Assembly: GCF_006345805.1 (NCBI RefSeq)
Contig: NC_042999.1
Coordinates: 169,694,001 to 169,758,000 of the forward strand
From: Octopus sinensis
Taxonomy: Eukaryota
Length of the DNA: 64,000 bases
Reading direction: 5' to 3'
A program made the position numbers and the translations under genes. Every line of letters begins with the position of its first letter. The stretch's first letter is position 1. Shown in pieces: positions 1 through 12,112 of the stretch. The notes under the pieces were generated by a model that ran no database searches, was not told the origin of the DNA, and saw nothing but the letters and a program-made list of their open reading frames with translations.

Positions 1-783
1 TGTAATACTGCTAGGTCTTGTGATTTGGGGATACAGCAAACCCATTGCACTGCTAAACTCTTCATTCATTTTTGTGTTTATTTAAATTCAGCAGGTATAT
101 ATTGAGGTCCCCACCAATGAAAACGATTAGCAAACCTTCCTATCATCCAATCCTTAAATATTTCAATATTAAATCTATGTGAGTCAGTACATGTCCCTTC
201 AACTCAAAACCTTCACTGTTCTCAGGGTTGATCCAAGTCTCTGATATGGTTATCATTATTGTCATGTCATCCTCAATAGACTTCCACCAAGCAGCTCACT
301 TTTAAGATAGATACGAGAGTAAAATTACTAATAGAGAAACGAAAATAAACTTTGGAAACAGCAACGCCACCGTAGGTTATGTGGAAACGATAAACGTGTT
401 TTCAAGGGAGATAATCAAAGAACGTGACATTGTAATACTTCATGTAAAGTAAATACAACAAATGAAAAATCCTTCAGGAATCCATAAAAATTCCCGGATC
501 ACTACAAAAATTTCATCATCTGTTCGTTGTGTCATTACCAACTTTTCCTGCAAGTTTCATCAAATACCGTTCACAACTTTTTGAGCTATTTTGCCCACAG
601 ACGGATAAGCCAACGCCGATGAAAAGATAACCTCCTTCCTTGGCGGAGGTAAAAAGCTCACTGACTTGTTCTGCATGAAAACGAAATGGTAACATCAGTG
701 CTAACATACTTAATGCAGAGAGACTCTAAATTTTAAAAAATTATAATTACACCTGAAGCAAGGAGAAAGAATCATTAGTTTAA

Positions 784-1216
784 CCCTTTTGATACCAACC
801 CACCTGATACTGCCTGTTTCTATGATTAAATTTTACTGTTCTAAAGTGATTTACTTCTTTAGCATTTAAACCAGCCATATCCAGCCCAAATACCTGTTCA
901 AAGTTACTAGAGCTGGCCCTTCACACCTACCCTACAATGTCATTCTAAACATAAGCTTCATTATCATCAAAATCTTGAAGCTGTAAGACAAGTCATGATT
1001 CATTCGAAACAATATGAAAAAATAAGCATTACATTTAACGGAATAATCTGAATGCTAAAGGGTTAAATGAAAGCTCGCTTTCGAAGTTTCATGTTCATCT
1101 ATGTTCCAAATTCCAGTTTAATATTGACAAAATGATTTTAATAAATTCTTCATGGTTTCAAAATTAATTAAAACAAAAGCAGCATATTTTAACAGAAATA
1201 TGGTAATGAAAGGGGT
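784..1216. mobile_element. Two nested TTAA-type MITEs
   Basis: Outer ends CCCTTTTGATACC / GGTAATGAAAGGGG-TTAA; inner 858-1062 belongs to the family at 14948. Confidence 0.65.
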
Positions 1217-1240
1217 TAATAAAGAAAAGCAAGGGATATA

Positions 1241-1640
1241 CTCTTTTACTTGTTTCAGTCATTTGACTATGGCCATGTTGGAGCACCACCTTTAGTCGAG
1301 CAAATCGACCCCAGGACTTATTCTTTGTAAGCCTGGTACTTATTCTATCGGTCTCTTTTGCCAAACCGCTAAGTTACAGGGACGTAAACACACCAGCATC
1401 GGTTGTCAAGCGATATTGGGAGAATAAACACAGACACACAAACATATATACACACACACACACACATATATATATATACATACATACGATGGGCTTCTTT
1501 CAGTTTCCATCTACCAAATCCATTCACAAGGCTTTGGTTGGCCCGAGGCTATAGTAGAAGACATTTGCACAAGGTGCCACACAGTGGGACTGAACCCGGA
1601 ACCATATAGTTCATAGGCAAGCTTCTTACCACACAACAAG
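1241..1640 (-). mobile_element. tRNA-derived SINE (octopus OR-like, CORE-like body)
   Basis: B-box-like GGTTCAGTCCC, CCTTG..CAA core, internal TA/CA repeat, GACTGAAACAAGTAAAAGA tail. Confidence 0.85.
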
Positions 1641-1879
1641 ACTTTAATTAAGAACAGAATGTGTACAATCAAATACCTTATCACCAATTTTATAATACTG
1701 GAATCCCAGGATTCAAATCTCTTTAATAGCATTCAGGTACACTCCATCGAGAAAAAGAAAAATAGGCTGCCTAATGAAATAGAATTTTATGTTTCTGCAT
1801 TGTCACTTGACCTGCTAGAAATATCCTAATCACACATGCTACAGTCTTTAAAAAGAAGGACATTAGATAGATCTTTATT

Positions 1880-2753
1880 GCAATCAGACCTGGACATGGG
1901 ATCATGGACTGGCAACTCAAGCTGGCTGAGGACAAACGGACCACCATGCATTTTGGGAGGAAAAACCCAGTGACTACTTACTCTCTCCATAACACTAACC
2001 TCAAAACAAGTCTTCTTGTGAACGTGACCTGGGCATTATTGTTGGCAGTGATTTGCGTTGGACAAAACACATTGCTAAAATTGCCAAGAAGGCTGAGGGT
2101 GTCTTGGCATCACTTACCAAGTCCTTTGTGAGCTGCTCTCTGGCTATCTATCTGAGGCTTTCTATAGCTATGGTGCAGCCTCACCTGGGATTTGCATCAT
2201 CGGTCTGGAACCCCTATCTTGCCCAGGATATTAATCGTCTGGAAGTCGTTCAGCGATGTGCAACCAATAGAATACCCTCCATCAGGCATTTGCCATATTC
2301 TGAATGCCTTACTTCCCTGGGAATGGATACATTGAAATGCTGACATCTGGCAACTGACCTGGCAGACACCCATAAAATTATTAACCATCTTAGAAACAAT
2401 AACTCTGAGCACCTTTACAAACTCCACCTGTTTAACACCCATGGACATGTTTACAAAGTCAGAAAGCAGCACAGCTCCCATGACTTTTGGAAACATTTTT
2501 TCACACTAAGAGTTGCTGAAGTATGGAACAAACTGCCGGCATCAGTTGTTAGTTGTCAGAGCACTGCATCCAAGCTTCCTGAGATTCGCCAATACTACAC
2601 CTGATTTTCTCCCCTCCATACACACACAAGCATGTATCTGACTCATACACTGTTCGCTTCCCAGACATTTGTACATTACTGCATATGCTTTATACGCACT
2701 TTTGACAAGTTGTTGTGCACCTGAGCACTGTATACAAAAATTTCATTATTATT
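1880..2753 (+). mobile_element. CR1-like LINE 3' fragment
   Basis: MHFGRKNP, VQPHLGFASSVWNPY, LEVVQRCAT and FTLRVAEVWNKLP motifs; 3' UTR with (ATT)n tail. Confidence 0.88.
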
Positions 2754-3666
2754 AAATGCTACTTTTGGAAAGAAAAAATAATCAAAGGTGTGTTTGTCAC
2801 AGCTAGAATGTCTTTATTTAGCCCATTGCCTGCCATTAGCCCCATTTGGGGATCTGTTAAAACAGTATCATTGTCGGTTGTTCGTTGTATTTAAAGTGAA
2901 TTGCTTATGTCCATTGCATTTGCAGAGGTTGTTTAACAATATTTGGTAGTTTCAAGTTTGTCATTGTTAGCGCTGGCTAATTCTGGGACATTTTATGTCA
3001 TAAATTGCAATTTTTGAACTCCAAAAATATTGACTGTTTTGAAAAGTTTTCTTTATTTTTTTCATTTCCCATCTATATCCTTCATTGATATTTCATACAC
3101 ATTCACATCCAAAGTTTCAAAAGAACTAAAATGTTCATTATTGCAATTGAATAATAAAAAGGATAAATATGCTTTTCTTCAGCAATCCCCATTTGGGACT
3201 TTTCAAAAGATTTATCATAATTTCCAAAATAATTCACATGAAGAAACTTTAAATACTTTATATCATTTTAATTCCTAAGACACCTAACAAAGTGAAAAAA
3301 TATGAATAGTCAAAACTATTGAAAAGGTTGCAAGACACAACGAAAATTTTAGAAAAATAAAGAAGGAAATAAGTGGAAATTTTATTGGTCAGTGTGTTAA
3401 ATTCTAAGGCACCAAAAGAGAATGTTGTGTCCCCAGACACAACATGAACAGAAAAATTTGGCAGTTAATGGGTCAATCAAGTATATTTTAAAGTTAATAA
3501 CCAACAGCTGGTGTATGACACAATGACTGTCTCCATAAAGATAAATTTCTATGGGGGTGGGGAGATGTGAACTCCAACATATGGCTCAAGTGAACTATTA
3601 AAATTTCATGTCCCATTGACAACAAAGAAAATTAAATAATAGACTTTCTGCTTTTATTATTTTCAG

Positions 3667-5640
3667 TCATCATCATCATCATCCTCATCATCGTTTAACA
3701 TCCGCTTTCCATGCTAGCATGGGTTGGACAATTTTGACTGAGGGCTGGTGAACCAGATGGCTGCACCAGGCTCCAATCTTGATCTGGCAGAGTTTCTACA
3801 GCTGGATGCCCTTCCTAACGCCAACCACTCTGAGAGTGTAGCGGGTGCTTTTTACGTGCCACTGGCATGGAGGCCAGTCAGGCGGAACTGGCAATGACCT
3901 CGCTCGAATACTTTTATGCATGCCACCAGCACAGGTACCAGTAAGGTGATTTTGGTAACGATCATGCTCGAATGGTGCCCTTTTACGTCCCACTGGCATG
4001 GAAGCCAGTTGGCTGCTCTGGCAACGATTACGCTCGGATGGTGCTCTTGGCACCCTACTAGCACGGGTACAAGTGCCAGTAAGGCGATGCTGGTAACGAT
4101 CGCACTTGAATAGTGCCATTTTATGTGCCACTGCCAGTCATCGAATTTGATTTTGATTGACTTGATTTCACTTGCCTCAACGGGTCTTCACAAGTGGAGT
4201 TTTGTGTCCCAAGAAGGAACGGTATGTATAGGTCGACTGGCTACATACCAGGTAGAGGCCACGGGTTATGGTCACACTAGTCTTGCCGGGTCTTCTCATG
4301 CACAGCATACTTCCATAGGTCTCGGTCTCTAGTCATTTCCTTGGTGAGACCTAAAGTTCGAAGGTCGTGCTTCACCACCTCGTCCCAGGTTTTCCTGGGT
4401 CTACCTCTTCCACATGTTCCCTCAACCGCTAGAGTGTGGCACTTTTGCACACAACTATCTTCAGCCATTCTCGCCACATGACCATACCAGTGCAAACGTC
4501 TCTCTTGCACACCACAACTGATGCTTCTTAGGTCCAACTTTTCTCTCAAGGTACTTACACTCTGTCGAGTATGAACACTGACATTACACATCCATCGGAG
4601 CATACTGGCTTCATTTCTTGCAGGCTTACGCATGTCCTCAGCAGTCACAGCCCATGTTTCACTGCCATGTAGCATGGCTGTTCGTACACAAGCGTCATAC
4701 AGTCTACCTTTTACTCTGGGTGAAAGGCCCTTTGTCGCCAGCAGAGGTAAGAGCTCTCTGAACTTTGCCCAAGCTATTCTTACTCTAGCAGTTACACTTT
4801 CAGCACCCCCCACCCGCTACTGACTTGGTCACCTAGGTAACAGAAGCTATCAACTACTTCTAGTTTTCTTCCTGGAAGTTGGTCTCTGCACATTTTCAGT
4901 GTTTATTGCTCCTGAGCATCTGCCACAAACAAAAACTATCTTCCCTAGATAGCCTTCCTTTGACATTGCTGCACCTCTTATGTGTCCATAGCTTACACTG
5001 GGTGCATCTTATAGAGTTTCTACCTACGCCTCTACTACAGATCAAGCAGGGCCATCTACCTGAAGGGATTTGTGGCTTGCCTGCCTTCCTACATATTAGG
5101 ACTTTGGTTTTAGCTAGGTTGATTCTAAGGCCCTTTGATTCTAATCCTTGTTTCCACACCTGAAACTTTGCCTCTAGTTCTGATAGTGACTCAGCAATTA
5201 GAGCAAGGTCATCAGCATAGAGGAGCTCCCAGGGGCATCCTGTCTTGAATTCCTCCGTTATTGCCTGGAGGACTACGATAAATAGGAGGGGGCTGAGGAC
5301 TGAACCTTGGTGGACCCCTACGTCTGCCCTGAATTCTTCACTGTACTCGTTGCTAACCCTCACCTTACTAGCAGCGTCTCTGTACATGGCTCGCACAGCT
5401 CTCACTAACCATTTATCTATCCTTAGTTTCCTCATTGACCACCAGATAAGGGATCGGGGGACCCTGTCAAAGGCTTTCTCCATGTCAACGAAAGCCAGGT
5501 ACAGGGGCTTATCTTTGGCTAGGTATTTCTCCTGCAGCTGTGTTACCAGAAATATAGCATCAGTGGTGCTTTTCCCTGGCATGAAACCAAACTGCATCTC
5601 ATCCAAGCTGACTCTCTCCCTAATCAGTTGGGCTATGACC
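3667..5640 (-). mobile_element. RTE-clade LINE, 5'-truncated, same family as 6520-9871
   Basis: RT with YADD (4896-5660), a frameshift, C-terminus ...KTRQD, then 3' UTR and (GAT)n tail. Confidence 0.93.
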
Positions 5641-5720
5641 GCAAACAAAAAGATTAACATAACCTACAGTAAGAATTGTTCTTAACTTCAGAAGATTTGG
5701 GAAAGAAGTATTGTTGCATA

Positions 5721-5984
5721 CTCTTTTACTGTTTCAGTCATTTGACTGCGGCCATGCTGAAGCACCACCTTTAGTTGAACAAGTGGACTCCAGAACTTAT
5801 TCTTTGTAAGCCTAGTACTTATTCTATTTGTGTCTCTTGCTGAACCGCTAAGTTATGGAGACATAAACACACAAGCATCGGTTGTCAAGCGATGGTGGAA
5901 GAGGGGACAAATACAGATACAAACATACACAAAGCCTTGTGAGTGGATTTGGTAGACGGAAACTGAAAGAAGCTGTCGTATATA

Positions 5985-6016
<32 letters not shown>

Positions 6017-6230
6017 TTTGTGTGTCTGTGTTTGTCCCCACAACATCGCTTGACAACCGATGCTGGTGTGTTTACGTCCCTGTAACTTAGCGGTTTGGCA
6101 AAAGAGACCTATAGAATAAGTACTAGGCTTACAAAGAATAAGTCCTGGGATCGATGTGCTCAACTAAAAATGGTGCTCCAGCATGGCCACAGTCAAATGC
6201 CTGAAACAAGTAAAAGTGAGAGTAAAGAGA
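5721..6230. mobile_element. Two head-truncated OR-like SINEs in head-to-head orientation
   Basis: 5721-5935 minus and 5932-6230 plus. Confidence 0.85.
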
Positions 6231-6519
6231 GAGTCAAGAAAAATTAATTAAATCTTAGGTATGTTATGATGTATTTGGTTTTATGAAGTTCATTAGTGCT
6301 TTTAATTGGTTTTGGCCATGTTAGCCATCAAAAATAAGGCCACACTGTAGCATCACCTTCAGAACTAAATGGTTTCTCTTTTGTATCATCCTTGTAGGTC
6401 TAGGTGATGGCTGCTCTGCTCTGGCTGTAGCCTTTCTTCATCTGAGATGGATAAAGCAACAGACCAGTAGTTCATCATCAATGGAAATTAAATATTTTTC
6501 AGGTTTATGAAGCTACTAG

Positions 6520-9500
6520 AGCCAATACCTCCCACACCCTCAGGGTTGGCACCCTCAACGTTGGCACACTGAAAGGCAGGTCTGGCGAGATCGTTGAATT
6601 GCTTGAATGGAGGTGTGTTGATATATGCTGCATTCAAGAAGTGAGGTGGAGAGGAGGTTCTGCTAGGTTCCTCACAGTCAGAGTATGCAACAGAATACTT
6701 AAGATTAGATTAGTGCTTCATCATAGTTTAGCAACCATTATATCGGCCTATGCCCCTCAGCCAGGGCTACACGATGGACAGAAAGACCGTTTCTATGACA
6801 CCCTACTGCAGACCACCTCATTGATGAATGACAGGGACCTTCTCTTTGTGGTTGGTAACTTCAATGGGCATGTTGGACGACATGCTGGGGGCTTCCATGG
6901 CGTACATGGAGGCTATGGTTATGGTTCCTGCAACGAGGAGGGAACCAGGCTGCTGGAGTTCTGCTATGCGAATAGTCTTATGGTTTGCAACACTAACTTC
7001 AGGAAACCTACAAGCCACCTGGTCACCTACTGATTGGGCCGACATACTAGCCAAATCAACTACATCCTTGCCAGAAAAAGGGAAAGATGGCTGCTTATAA
7101 ATGCCAAAACCTTCCCAGGCGAAGAATGTACCCCACAACATAGACTGGTAGTTAGTGACTTTAGTTGTAGAAGACAACTGGACGTTTCTAAGGGACAACC
7201 TGCTGAAAGCCACTGACCAGATCTGTGGCTGGTGCAAAGTCCCCTCAAGACCCAAAATAACGTGGTGGTGGAACAATATTGTTGACAGGGCTATTAGACA
7301 AAAGAAACAGGCTTGGAAGAACGGTGGTAGCAGGGAAGTGTATCAGACTGCCAGAAGGGAAGCTAGGAGGCAGGTGTATTTAGCCAGAGGGGAAGCAGAT
7401 AAGAAAAAATTTGCCAATGTTCTGCGCCGTGAGGATGAAAGACTTGAGGTTTTTCGTGTTGCAAGACAGTGTGTGAGAGAGAATCGTGACGTGGTAGGAA
7501 AGAAATGTGTTCGCAAGGATGACGGTTCACTTGTGCTAAATGAAGATGCAAAGAGAGAGGTTTGGAGACGCCACTATGAAAGGTTGCTGAATAAAGAAAA
7601 TGAATGGGATAAAGAGAGTCTGCCGAATGTCGACCCAACAGAGGGACCAGCAATCCGAGTTGACAGTTCCTTAGTAGTTAAGGCAATTACAAACATGAAA
7701 ACAGGGAAAGCCCCAGGCCCATCAAGAATTACTGCAGAGATGCTCAAAATATCTGGTAGTGTCGGCTATAGCCTAGTCATCCGTATAGTTAACCAGGTGA
7801 TACACGAAAGAGTCATTCCCAATGACTGGTGTAGCAGCATAATAGTCAACTGCTACAAAGGTAAAGGAGACGCCCTAGATACAAATAACTACAGGGGTAT
7901 CAAGCTGCTGGATCAGGTAATGTAGGTTACGGAGAGGGTTATAGCCCAACTAATTAGAGAGAGAGTTAGCTTAGATGAGATGCAGTTTGGGTTCGTGCCA
8001 GGGAAAAGTACTACTGATGCTATGTTCCTGGTAAGACAGCTGCAGGAGAAATACCTAGCCAAAGATAAGCCCCTGTACCTGGCTTTTGTTGACATGAAGA
8101 AAGCCTTTGACAGGGTCCCCCAATCCCTTATCTGGTGGTCAATGAGGAAACTAGGGATACACGAATGGTTAGTGACAGCTGTGCGAACCATGTACAGAGA
8201 CGCTGCTAGTAAGGTGAGGGTTGGCAACGAGTACAGTGAAGAATTCCGGGTAGAGGTTGGGGTCCACCAAAGTTCAGTCCTCAGTCCCCTCCTATTTATC
8301 GTAGTCCTCCAGGCAATAACGGAGGAATTCAAGACAGGATGCCCCTGGGAGCTCCTCTATGCTGATGAGCTTGCTCTAATTGCTGAGTCACTATCAGAAC
8401 TGGAGGAGAAGTTTCAGGTGTGGAAGCAAGGATTAGAATCAAAGGGCCTTAGAATTAACCTAGCCAAAACCAAAGTCTTAATAAGTAGGAAGGTAGACCA
8501 ATCACAAACGCCTTCAGGTAGATGGCCCTGCTCGATCTGTAGAAAAGGTGTAGGTAGAAACTCTATAAGATGCACCAAGTGTAAGCTATGGACACATAAG
8601 AGGTGCAGCAATGTCAAAGGAAAGCTAACTAGGAAAATAGTTTTTGATTGTGGCAGATGCTCAGGAGCAATAAACACTGAAAATGCGCAGAGAACAACTT
8701 CCACCACATTCCAGGGAGAAAAACTAGAAATAGTTGATAGCTTCTGTTACCTAGGTGACCAAGTCAGTAGCGGGGGCGGGTGTGCTGAAAGTGTAACTGC
8801 TAGAGTAAGAATAGCTTGGGCAAGGTTCAGAGAGCTCTTAACCCTGCTGGTGACAAAAGGCCTCTCGCTCAGAATAAAAAGCAGACTGTATGATGCATGT
8901 GTACAAACAGCCATGCTACATGGTAGTGAAACATGGGCTGTGACTGCTGAGGACATGCGTAAGCCTGCAAGAAATGAAGCCAGTATGATCCGATGGATGT
9001 GTAATGTCAGTGTTCATACTCAACAGAGTGTAAGTACCTTGAGAGAAAAGTTGGACCTAAGAAGCATCAGTTGTGGTGTGCAAGAGAGACGTTTGCGCTG
9101 GTATGGTCATGTGACGAGAATGGCTGAAGATAGTTGTGTGCAAAAGTGCCACACCCTAGCAGTTGAGGGAACCTGTGGAAGAGGTAGACCCAGGAAAACC
9201 TGGGACGAGGTGGTGAAGCACGACCTTCGAACTTTAGGTCTCACCAAGGAAATGACTAGAGACCGAGACCTATGGAAGTATGCTGTGCATGAGAAGACCC
9301 GGCAAGACTAGTGAGACCATAACCTGTGGCCTCTACCTGGTATGTAGCCAGTCGACCTATACATACCGTTCTTTCTTGGGACACAAAACTCCACTTGTGA
9401 AGACCCGTTGAGGCAAGTGAAAATCAAAATAAAAATCAAATCAAATCAAATCAGATATCAGAAAGCAGAACCAAAATCGAAGTCGATCAACATCAATGGA

Positions 9501-9871
9501 AATTGCAGCTGTGATACCAGTGCCGGTGAGAAGTAAGCGAACCATCCGATCGTGGCCGTTGCCAGCGCCGCCCCAACGCCTCCGTGCCCCACCACGTTGC
9601 CAGCTTGCTTGGCCCCCGTGCCGGTGGCACGTAAAAAGCACCATCCATCCGTGGCCATTTGCCAGCTCCGTCTGGCACCTGTGCGGGTGGCACGTAAAAA
9701 GCACCCACTACACTCACGGAGTGGTTGGTGTTAGGAAGGGCATCCAGCCATAGAAACACTGCCAGATCAGACTGGGCCTGATGCAGCCTTCTGGCTTCCC
9801 AGATCCCAGTTGAACCGTCCAACCCATGCCAGCATGGAAGGCGGACGCTAAATGATGATGATGATGATGAT
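6520..9871 (+). mobile_element. RTE-clade LINE, near full length, inactivated
   Basis: APE endonuclease (GTLNVGTL, CIQEVRW, GNFNGHVG) followed by RT. 7155-9311 is one frame with a TAG at 7923, and the RT motif is mutated to YADE. Internal deletions; 3' UTR with tandem units and (GAT)n tail. Confidence 0.93.
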
Positions 9872-9902
9872 AAACAAGAGATGCTACTTATTGAGGAAAC
9901 AT

Positions 9903-10125
9903 TTAACTCTTTAGCATTTGAACCAGCCATAACTGGCCCCAAATATTCTGTTTTATGGTCAAACTGGTCAGATCCGGCCTCTCACTCCTACCCTACAGTG
10001 TCCTTCTAGAAATATACAATCACATCAATGAAATCTCAAAGCAACAAGATTATGCAGAATTAATTCCAAATAATGTGAATTAACAAGGATTATATTTGAG
10101 AAAGTAATGTGAATGGCAAAGGGTC
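9903..10125. mobile_element. Degenerate copy of the TTAA MITE
   Basis: TTAACTCTTTAGCATTTGAACCAGCC start shared with 858 and 15165. Confidence 0.6.
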
Positions 10126-10195
10126 CAATCCTCGGTCTGTTAATGTTAAGGGACATCTTTTTAGCATTTTCCATTTGAATTCTATTTATTAACAT

Positions 10196-10570
10196 ATAGG
10201 CGTAGGAGTGGCTGTGTGGCAAGAAGTTTGCTTCCAGACCACATGGTTCCGGGTTCAGTCCCACTGCGTGGCACCTTGGGCAAGTGTCTTCTTCTATAGC
10301 CTCGGGCTGACCAAAGCCTTCTGAGTGGATTTGATAGACAGAAACTGAAAGAAGCCCATCGTGTGTGTATGTGTTTGTCCTCTACCACCGCTTGACAACT
10401 AGTATTGGTGTGTTTACATCCTCCATAACTTAGCAGTTCAGCAAAAGAGATGATAGTATAAGTACCATACTTAAACAAAAGTACTGGGGTCAATCCATTC
10501 AGCTGAAAATTCTTCAAGGCTGTGCCCCAGCATGGCCAAAATCTAATGACTGAAACAAGTCAAAGAAAAT
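10196..10570 (+). mobile_element. OR-like SINE, full length
   Basis: GGCTGTGTGG head, GGTTCAGTCCC, CCTTGGGCAAGTG. Confidence 0.88.
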
Positions 10571-10851
10571 AGATAAAAGACATGAAGGATAGTTTAAAAA
10601 AATAAAAACATAAATAAAAAAATAACAACATTGAAATTTTTTTTTATATTTGCATTTATTGGAGTAATGGTTTCAAGTATGAATAAGTATATTCCATTTT
10701 TAGGCAAATATGTTATTCAGAGTAGTTGGTTGCTCTTTTTAATAAATATATTTTACAATTTTGATATCTAAAAGTCAAAGATTTAGAAAGACAAAACAAA
10801 AAAAAAAAACATTTGCGTTTTATCAATGCTTCAGTAATCCGGGTGTCTTAC

Positions 10852-10894
<43 letters not shown>

Positions 10895-11166
10895 CAGAAA
10901 TGGTTCAGATAAAATATTTAATGTGTGTGGTGTGTACATGTATGCATGTGATGTGTGTGAGTGAATTTTGTAAAAAGGAAAATCTTGCATGCAAAAATGC
11001 AATAAAAATAAGAGAAAGAAGCCAAGTTATTCCTAAATAATTTTCTACGTTGAAATTCTTTATCTCTGGTCCTAGCTTTTAGTGAGATTTTATAAAACTT
11101 GATAGCACTGTCTGTTATAAATACCAAGTCAGGTAATAGTTTCTGTGACTCAATAACCAGTATCAG

Positions 11167-11229
11167 TTATGCAAAAGAAAAGCGTTGACGTAAAGCCTTT
11201 GGATTCTCATCATCCTCGTTTGCCAAGTT
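11167..11229 (-). CDS. Candidate terminal exon NLANEDDENPKALRQRFSFA*
   Basis: Acceptor tttttcttttctttacttttctcctcag, phase 0. Confidence 0.5.
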   Translation of the reverse strand, partial: NLANEDDENPKALRQRFSFA

Positions 11230-11694
11230 CTGAGGAGAAAAGTAAAGAAAAGAAAAATGTTACCAAAAGAAGATGCATTAACAATAATAACAATAATAAT
11301 AAATCAAGGATGCAGTGAAAATGCTAGCATAATGTTATGTTGAAATAATTGTAGAAATGTTCATTTTTAGAATATTTTTACTTAAATTTTTCTAATTGGG
11401 TCTACTATAGTAAAGATAATTTGAACAAAGTACAAATACGAAAATTTAAGAGGTTTCCAGGAAAATGGAAATTAGAGTCTTATTGACCATAGAGAATGTT
11501 TCTAAAAAATGGTACCTCATCAGCAATCAGAAAGTGTTGATTGTAAATCTTGGAGAGGATCTACTGACCCAAAACGAGCATCAAGGGATACAAGTTTACT
11601 TAACAGTAAATATAAAAGAGATTTTTTTTAAATTTGAGAATATTTTTGTACTAATATTTGAGTTCCTGCAACTCATTATTTTGTATAAATTGAT

Positions 11695-12112
11695 CAGTGG
11701 CTCCCAAATGGTAGGCAGTGACAGGGTGGGCGGGTTGTGGGATGTTGTGAAAATAAAATTATATTAAAAGAAAATGTGAGTAGTAAGAAACAGAAGGGAG
11801 GGGGGGGGGCCGAACAGCAGAAAGTCTTTAGAGAAGAAGCTCCCCTCATGCAAGTGCTTTGACCCTTAACTATAAGGGTGGGGGATTGCATCCAGGTCAT
11901 GATTCCTGGATACCTCTCTACTGTCACAGTTTATGTTACTGTCCACATTGTAACCCTCCTGGATGGCTAAGTTGCCCCTCAGACAAGGTACCTTGGTTGT
12001 TGTAATCTGTTCAGTCTGATACATATATAAATACTTTCCCTTAATATAAAGGGCACTAAAATGTTTTATTTGATCTCAAGTGTAGCATAAGAAAAATGTC
12101 TAAGAACCACTG
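11695..12112. mobile_element. hAT/Charlie-like non-autonomous element
   Basis: Imperfect TIRs CAGTGGCTCCCAAA / CAGTGGTTCTTAGA; no clear TSD. Confidence 0.45.

Noticed and set aside
9480-9720. Regularly spaced TGGCACGTAAAAAGCACC repeats resembling a CRISPR array
   Set aside because: The spacers are related to each other, there are no cas genes, and the units are part of a dispersed LINE 3' UTR in a eukaryote
3796-9942. Many overlapping antisense ORFs over the RTE copies and their UTRs
   Set aside because: Shadow frames of retrotransposon sequence
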